A stretch of 64,000 nucleotides of DNA from Macrostomum lignano. Its lineage: Eukaryota. Shown here one piece after another: positions 56,613 through 64,000 of this stretch; within the stretch, counting starts at the first letter, position 1; the number at the start of each line of letters is the position of its first letter. The notes under the pieces were generated by a model that worked only from the letters and a program-made list of their open reading frames with translations, searched no databases and had not been told where the DNA came from. Made by a program: the position numbers and the translations under genes. Where the stretch lies: the NCBI GenBank assembly GCA_002269645.1, contig NIVC01001433.1:186001-250000 (forward strand), read 5' to 3'.

Positions 56613-57306
56613 ATGACATGACAGCAACGCTTGTATCATTTGCGTTCCCACAGCAGCAGCAGCAGCCGCATTCCACTGGTGCACTCGAGCACATCGCGGA
56701 CACTGAGACCCTGCTGCACCTGTCGCTAATCCAGAGCAACATCCAGTTTAGCGAGCCGCCGCAGTGCCTGATTCTGCAGATGCCTCGATCTGGGAAGTCA
56801 TATAAGATGTTCCACCGCATCCTGCCAGTGCTGCAGTTGAACATCACCAACCTGCTGCCGGACACCGCCAGGGCCTGCAACATCTGCGGCAACTTTGCCA
56901 CTATCGAGTGCCATCAGTGCTTTCTCAAGCACGACTCCGGCCGAGACTACACCTATTGCGAACCTTGCTACAATACGTTTGCGGATCACAGAAAAGGGAA
57001 AACGCATGAGCCAATCAAGATTAAATATCCTAAGCATATCCTGGAGCAATATCAGAATCCTGGACAGGTGGTTGAAAGTCAGACTGTCATGGATCTGCTG
57101 GCTGTTGTCTGTATTTGCACCAGTCACTACGTCTGCTTCTTGCGGGCCGAGCCCAACCACTGGCTGTTCTTCGATAGCATGGCCGATAGGGAGGGCGGTG
57201 AGTTCAGACTAGCTACTCGCCTCAGCATCCTCTCTCTCTCATCGTCTTGCATTCCATCCCCAATTCCCATTTCATCCCCATCCCCTTGCCATCCCCATTC
57301 CATCCC

Positions 57307-59005
57307 AGTAGTAGGGGTAAGCAGGGCGACAGGGCGGAGATACGAGTAAGAGGCGGGGTAGTAGTGCATTGGGATAGGAGGAGGCCGCCTATCTCTCAAC
57401 ATAAAGATGGTTAACACTGCAGAGATAGGCGGAGAGGCGGCCTATCTCTTTGTACTTGGAATGGTTAACACTGCAGAGATAGGAGGAGAGGCAGCCTATC
57501 TCTTTGTACTTGGGACGGTTAACACTGTAGAGATAGGAGGAGAGGCAGCCTATCTCTTTGTACTTGGGACGGTTAACACTGTAGAGATAGGAGGAGAGGC
57601 AGCCTATCTCTTTGTACTTGGGACGGTTAACACTGCAGAGATAGGAGGAGAGGCAGCCTATCTCTTTGTACTTGGGACGGTTAACACTGCAGAGATAGGA
57701 GGAGAGGCGGCCTATCTCTTTGTACTTGGGACGGTTAACACTGTAGAGATAGGAGGAGAGGCGGCCTATCTCTTTGTACTTAATGGGACGGTTAACACTG
57801 CAGAGATAGGAGGAGAGGCAGCCTATCTCTTTGTACTTGGGACGGTTAACACTGCAGAGATAGGAGGAGAGGCGGCCTATCTCTTTGTACTTGGGACGGT
57901 TAACACTGCAGAGATAGGAGGAGAGGCGGCCTATCTCTTTGTACTTGGAATGGTTAACACTGCATAGATAGGAGGAGAGGCGGCCTATCTCTTTGTACTT
58001 GGAATGGTTAACACTGTAGAGATAGGAGGAGAGGCGGCCTATCTCTTTGTACTTGGGACGGTTAACACTGCAGAGATAGGAGGAGAGGCGGCCTATCTCT
58101 TTGTACTTGGAATGGTTAACACTGCAGAGATAGGAGGAGAGGCAGCCTATCTCTTTGTACTTGGGACGGTTAACACTGCAGAGATAGGAGGAGAGGCGGC
58201 CTATCTCTTTGTACTTGGAATGGTTAACACTGTAGAGATAGGAGGAGAGGCGGCCTATCTCTTTGTACTTGGGACGGTTAACACTGCATAGATAGGAGGG
58301 GGCGGCCTATCTCTTTGTACTGGGGACGGTTAACACTGTAGAGATAGGAGGAGAGGCGGCCTATCTCTTTGTACTTGGGACGGTTAACACTGCATAGATA
58401 GGAGGAGAGGCGGCCTATCTCTTTGTACTTGGGACGGTTAACACTGCATAGATAGGAGGGGAGGCGGCCTATCTCTTTGTACTTGGGACGGTTAACACTG
58501 CAGAGATAGGAGGAGAGGCAGCCTATCTCTTTGTACTTGGGACGGTTAACACTGCAGAGATAAGATGGAGTGGGTTAGTTGAATGAATGCTTAATGTTTC
58601 CAGGTACAATATATGGCGTCCAGTAATTGACCCAATAGACTTATCTATTATCAGTAAGTACACTTAGTAAAGCAACAAAGACCAGCCAGTAAACACTGTA
58701 CAGTGCATGCAAGAAAAAACAGCTAAATCCAGGCCAATCCAGGCCCCAGACAGTTACTCTGCAGCAGCCACCCTTTCTAATTTGTCCAGGTAGTAAAATT
58801 GTTTTTTTGTGTGCAAAAGTTAGCCGCCTCCCCTATCTCTACAGTGTTGAGCATCCCCAGTACAAAGAGATAGGCCGCCTCTCCTCCTATCTCTGCAATG
58901 TTAACTGTCTCTATGTTGAGAGATAGGCCGCCTCCTCCTATCCCAATGCACTACCCCGCCTCCTATCTCCGCCGTGTTGGCCGTGTTCTGCTAACCCCTA
59001 CTACT
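57307..59005. mobile_element. Second copy of the foldback-like element, 54-bp array expanded to ~22 units
   Basis: Same termini and CATCCC flanks as 46053-47261. Confidence 0.72.
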
Positions 59006-59783
59006 CATCCCCATCCCCATCCCTATGCCACCCCCATTTTAACCAGTTCATAAATGATTGAATTTCCAGGCTGCAACGATGGCTACAACATCCCGGAGGT
59101 GACCCGCGTCGATGGCCTTGAAGAGTGGCTTCGCGATCTTCAAGGCAAGACAGGCAACGCACCGCCTCCAGAACAGGGCAACCGCCTGCTAGAGGATTGC
59201 TATCTGTGTTTCTACGGCAATCCAAGATCTGTGCCCTTCCCTAGCAGCTCCTGAAGTAATATTGAAAACCATATACTTCATTTTAAACGTTTTCGTCTTC
59301 TTTGAGATTCAACATCGTTTTTATTTATCAAATTTGCGATTCTCTCTTTTCTCAGTAAATAATATAATTTGTAAATATTTTTAATAAGAGGAATGCGAAA
59401 GCTATTAAAACCAATAACGGAGGATTAAACTCGGAGAAAAACGGTTCAACTTTCAAAACAAATAAGAGTCTACAATACGAGACAGACGCTTGTATAGAAC
59501 TTAACTTTAATAATAATTTTAAGTCTGTTGTTACTCCAGAATCGGCATAAAATACTTTTATATACTACTTGCAGTAGTAAAAAAAGTGGTAGCTTAAGCG
59601 CCGGAAGCATATAATGTATACACATACAACGTTTGTATTGGACCAAATTGATTAATTTTTAATTAAATGAGTTTTCTTTTCATATATTTCTGGTTGGTGA
59701 TCTGATGTGTACCATTTATTCCACTGTAATTGCATATTTCTACGCCGTCTCACCCAGTGATTAAACGATTTAATGCCATCATC

Positions 59784-60721
59784 CAGGGGCGTCGCCACCG
59801 GGGGGACATGCTAATGCTTTGTCATGCCAATGCTCCACCCCATCTTGTGACCCGTTATGGAAATCAATAATTTTGCTTACGGGCTCCAAAGCATAGCGCC
59901 TGCGGCACCAAAATGAGTGCCTTCGGCGCCAAAATGAATGTCTGTGGCGCCAAAATGAATGTCTGTGGTGCCAAAATAAGTGACTGTGGCGCCAAAATGA
60001 GTGACTGTGGCGCCAAAATGAGTGACTGTGGTGCCAAAATAAGTGACTGTGGCGCCAAAATGAGTGACTGTGGCACCAAAATGAGTGACTGTGGCACCAT
60101 AATGAGTGACTGTGGCGCCAAAATGAGTGACTGTGGCACCAAAATGAGTGACTGTGGCGCCAAAATGAGTGACTGTGGCACCAAAATGAGTGACTGTGGC
60201 GCCAAAATAAGTGACTGTGGCACCAAAATGAGTGACTGTGGCACCAAAATGAGTGACTGTGGCGCCAAAATGAGTGACTGTGGCGCCAAAATGAGTGACT
60301 GTGGCGCCAAAATGAGTGACTGTGGCGCAAAATAAGTGACTGTGGCGCAAAAATGAGTGACTGTGGCACCAAAATGAGTGACTGTGGCGCCAAAATAAGT
60401 GACTGTGGCGCCAAAATGAGTGACTGTGGCACCAAAATGAGTGACTGTGGCGCCAAAATAAGTGACTGTGGCACCAAAATGAGTGACTGTGGCACCAAAA
60501 TGAGTGACTGTGGCGCCAAAATAAGTGACTGTGGCACCAAAATGAGTGACTGTGGCGCCAAAATGAGTGACTACTGCGCCAGAATGAGTGACTGTGGCAT
60601 CAAAATGAGCGCTGACAACACCAATTCTCAAAATAATGTACATGTAGTTATTTAGTCATGTACATGCAGAATTCTTGGCTTTGTCCCCTTCCCCACCATA
60701 AAATCCATGGCGACGCCTCCG
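59784..60721. mobile_element. Duplicate of the hAT-type element with the 21-bp minisatellite
   Basis: Identical termini and TSD at offset 11744. Confidence 0.78.
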
Positions 60722-61419
60722 TCATCATCAATCAATAAAAAATTATTCAATCGAATGTGATTCTCAATGAAAGTTTTAATTGTTTTGTCTCGATGTTTAT
60801 TTTTTTCTTAATCCCTATTTATTATCATCATCACACCTGTAAATGTGTAGAATGTGTAAAATGCTTATCCAGATCGACCCCCTGCTGTGCTGATGCAGAG
60901 GGTTTTCTTGCTTTTTTGCAAAAAAAATTAATTCATTCTGTACTAAAAACAAAACAAAGTGAAATCAACTTTTTAGACAAGCCTGTTATATTTTAAACGA
61001 GAAATGTACTCGTATCAGCAAACATTATGACTAAATATTATTGAAAACTGAATCGTAGCTTGACTTGTCTTGGCATGTTTTTATTTATCCAGATTAGTAC
61101 AAGCTGAACCTGGCGACCCACAACAGATGCAATTTTGTATTTTAAATGTTGGTAATTACTGTATTTCACTTCTAAATCCTTTCAAACTTCACAATGGCAA
61201 TCCGGCCCGCTCAGCTCTCTTCTCCACAATCTCTCATCTCTGCTCTCGTCTTCTATTTCTCTCCTCTCCACTTTTTTATCTTTTTTCTCTTCTCTCCTTC
61301 TCTCTCTTGTCCTTCTTCTCCTCTCTTCTCCTTATATTCCCTTGCTTCTTCTTTCTCCCTCTGGCCCACAATCATGCGCTAAGTTATCTTGCATTGCATT
61401 CCCAATGAGTCTATTTTAT

Positions 61420-62325
61420 TAATTCCCATCCCACTGATTCCCACCTCACAGCTCCCCATCCCACAGATTCCCATCCCAAAGATTCCCATCCCACATCTCC
61501 CATCCCACAGCTCCCCATCCCACAGATTCCCATCCCAAAGATTCCCATCCCACATCTCCCATCCCACAGCTCCCTATCCCACAGATTCCCATCCCACAGA
61601 TCCCCATCCCACATCTCCCATCCCACAGATCCCCATCCCACATCTCCCATCCCACAGATCCCCATCCCCACAGCTCCCCATCCCACAGATTCCCATCCCA
61701 CAGCCCCCCATCCCACAGATCCCCATCCCAACAGATTCCCATCCCACAGCCCCCCATCCCACAGATCCCCATCCCACAGATTCCCATCCCACAGCTCCCC
61801 ATCCCACAGATTCCCATCCCACAGATTCCCATCTCACATCTCCCATCCCACAGCTCCCATCCCACAGATCCCCATCCCACAGATTCCCATCCCACAGATC
61901 CCCATCCCACAGATTCCCATCCCACAGATCCCCATCTCACATCTCCCATCCCACAGCTCCCATCCCACAGATCCCCATCCCACAGATTCCCATCCCACAG
62001 ATCCCCATCCCACAGCTCCTATCCTACAGATCCCCATTCCACAGATTCCCATCCCACAGATCCCCATCCCACAGCTCCCATCCCACAGCTCCCATCCCAC
62101 AGCTCCCAATCCACACAGCTCCCTATCCCACAGCTCCCCATCCCACAGATTCCCATCCCACAGATCCCCATCCCACAGATCCCCATCCCACAGATTCCCA
62201 TCCCACAGCTCCCATCCCACAGCTCCCATCCCACAGCTCCCAATCCCCACAGCTCCCCATCCCACAGATCCCCACCCCACAGCTCCCATGCCACAGCTCC
62301 CCATTCCACAGCTCCCACAATGCCA
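61420..62325. repeat. (CCCACAGATTCCCAT)n satellite upstream of CYLD copy C
   Basis: Duplicate of 49675-50575 with about one extra unit. Confidence 0.95.
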
Positions 62326-62448
62326 GTAGCTCAACTACTTCCTGTCCAACAAAAGTTGCATTTATTTTTCAAGTGAATTCAGTACCTATAGATTCAACTT
62401 CAAGCGCAAACCAATGCATGCGAAGATTGCTTTTTTATCAAGCAATTG

Positions 62449-62872
62449 ATGATGGAAAGTTTGGTAAAAAAGCGCCAGATTGAGCTGCCTAGCGACACAG
62501 AAAATCCCGGCAGTTTTAAGTGTTTCATAAATCGGTACAAAACGTCTGTCACCGTAAAAATTGGAAACAAAGATCAGATAGAAACAAGGAAGCATCAGAT
62601 GGATTCTGGCCTATTGTGGCTTATTGCACCTGACAGTGGAGGTGCAAATCAACTTGCACCATTGTATCGCTCATTGGAGTTCGAATCCTTGTATTGCCAG
62701 ATGCATCCAGACGATAGAGTGCCTTTAACAGTTGAACAGGCCCGGATTTTGCTACCTGTGCCAGTACACAAGCGATTGGATTCTTGTCTTTCGAATAGTT
62801 TCCAAGTGGCCCAACGCTGCCAAGTTGGTAGCATCGTGTCTGTTCGCGATCCGAGTTGTTTTGAGAAGCAAG
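62449..62872 (+). CDS. CYLD: CYLD-like copy C, first exon only (remainder outside the window; functional status unknown)
   Basis: Near-identical to copy B exon 1, with the donor G|GTTTGT at 62872/62873. Confidence 0.75.
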
Positions 62873-63345
62873 GTTTGTTTTTTATCTCTGAGTCTGATCA
62901 AAGTTTCTTTTTTAATAGGCATACTGGTTCATTTTTTCGCTCAATTAGATTTCAAGTCAAAAGCATTCTAACTTCATTTAAGTCTGAGACAGCGCAGCTC
63001 AGCGGTAAACGCGTCGTACTAAATCGTACCACGACCCCTGGTTCGACTCCTTGCACGGGCACATTCAGAGCTTGTGTTCACTAAAATAGGACAGGGGTTT
63101 GTGCGATTTACAGCCATGGAGGCCAGCCCCAAAGGCACAGGGAGTGTACATGCCTGACGACTAGAAAGTCAGGGCCACTGTACACCCTGTGTGAGCGTGT
63201 GCCTGCCTGCGTAATGTATTGGCGTGCTTGTATGTGCTCAGGAGTGATCGGAATAGGCAGAATTGCCTCAGTGCTCGTCTACCATAGAGGATAGTCTACT
63301 ACTATTCTAGGCTACGATATCGGCTTCTTTTTAATTCTACATGTA

Positions 63346-64000
63346 CGAGGTGTATCCCAAAAGTAAGTTTCCCTCATATGTAACTCGGCACCCAAGAGGC
63401 TCAGCTAAGTGCCACGTACGTTGTTGCTTTCTTTTTTGTCTATGGCCCAACCGCCCTAAACAAGTCGCTAAGTCCTAGCTTGTTCTCGAGCTGCATGGCT
63501 GCAACCCAAGCACACAACCTTTGCAACGATGGCCGCGTCCAGCTCGTTCTCTCGCTATGACGTTCGAAGCATCATCAAGTTTTCTGTGCTGTCTGGAAAA
63601 TCGACACCAGAGATTCATCAAGAACTCGTGAGAGTCCTAGGAGAAGCTGCACCAACCATTCAAACGGTCTGGAAGTGGGTGCGAGAAATTCAAGAAGGAC
63701 AGGACTGCATGGAGGACAAAGAGCGTTCTGGACGACCAAGGACTGCGACAACGGATTCCAATGCTGATCGCGTGATGGCTTCTGTGAGTGAAGACAACAG
63801 AAGGACATGCAGTGAGCTGGAGGAACTCCTCGGCATTCCCCATGGGACCCAGAGCTGAAGCGGCAGTCAGCGCAGTGGCTTCCGATAGGATCGGCGAGTC
63901 CCGAGAAGGTGCGACGCAAGCAAGGCTCATTGAAGGTGATGCACATCATTTTTTGACATTGACGGGATCATTCTGGACTGGCCCCTGTGCCTGTGGGTAC
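63346..64000 (+). mobile_element. Second copy of the defective mariner (truncated by the window edge)
   Basis: Same TA-flanked left TIR, same insertion site in CYLD intron 1 and same internal deletion junction. Confidence 0.95.

Larger units (their letters stand above)
50703..59254 (+). pseudogene. CYLD: CYLD-like copy B: probable pseudogene or truncated chimera
   Basis: Exons 50703-51126, 52828-53268, 53491-54145, 54227-54318, 55044-55192, 56654-57197 and 59070-59254. In-frame TGA at 53031-53033 (CGA in copy A), an 81-nt in-frame deletion in the second CAP-Gly, and a mariner in intron 1. The USP-domain exons are intact. Confidence 0.85.
58563..64000. repeat. Copy 2 of the tandem segmental duplication (runs off the window)
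   Basis: Matches 46820-52254 at offset ~11,745. Confidence 0.95.

Noticed and set aside
57407-58291. ORFs of GTVNTAEIGGEAAYLFVL repeats
   Set aside because: The 54-bp unit is a multiple of 3; the array is intronic and interrupted by stops in variant units.

Overview
Eukaryotic (animal) genomic DNA with GT-AG introns. The gene style and the minisatellite-packed introns suggest a flatworm such as Macrostomum (inference only). The left half holds five co-directional minus-strand genes: PPCDC (2 exons), SNRNP40 (2 coding exons), NBAS (14 exons, about 2,590 aa, with two 1-nt frameshifts in homopolymers), EIF4A3 (4 exons) and a 71-aa single-TM ORF. Almost every intron carries its own minisatellite. 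NBAS introns also hold a MITE, a decayed EnSpm/CACTA-type transposase and a tRNA-derived SINE. From about 32.1 to 38.6 kb lies an AT-rich domain in which CpG is almost erased (about 3 CpG in about 5.5 kb, counted by eye) around a 1-kb CpG-retaining island. Internal homologous copies there show CG>CA/TG and also CG>TA and CA>TA changes, a methylation-deamination or RIP-like signature; this is the most unusual signal in the window. The right half holds an intronless DNAJB6 and a tandem array of at least three CYLD-like deubiquitinase genes: one intact, one probably chimeric with a nonsense codon and a CAP-Gly deletion, and one cut by the window edge. The array was shaped by an 11.7-kb near-identical duplication and carries a defective mariner, a hAT-type MITE and a foldback-like element with 54-bp hairpin subrepeats. 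All coordinates were derived by hand from the sequence and ORF track; no database search was run.
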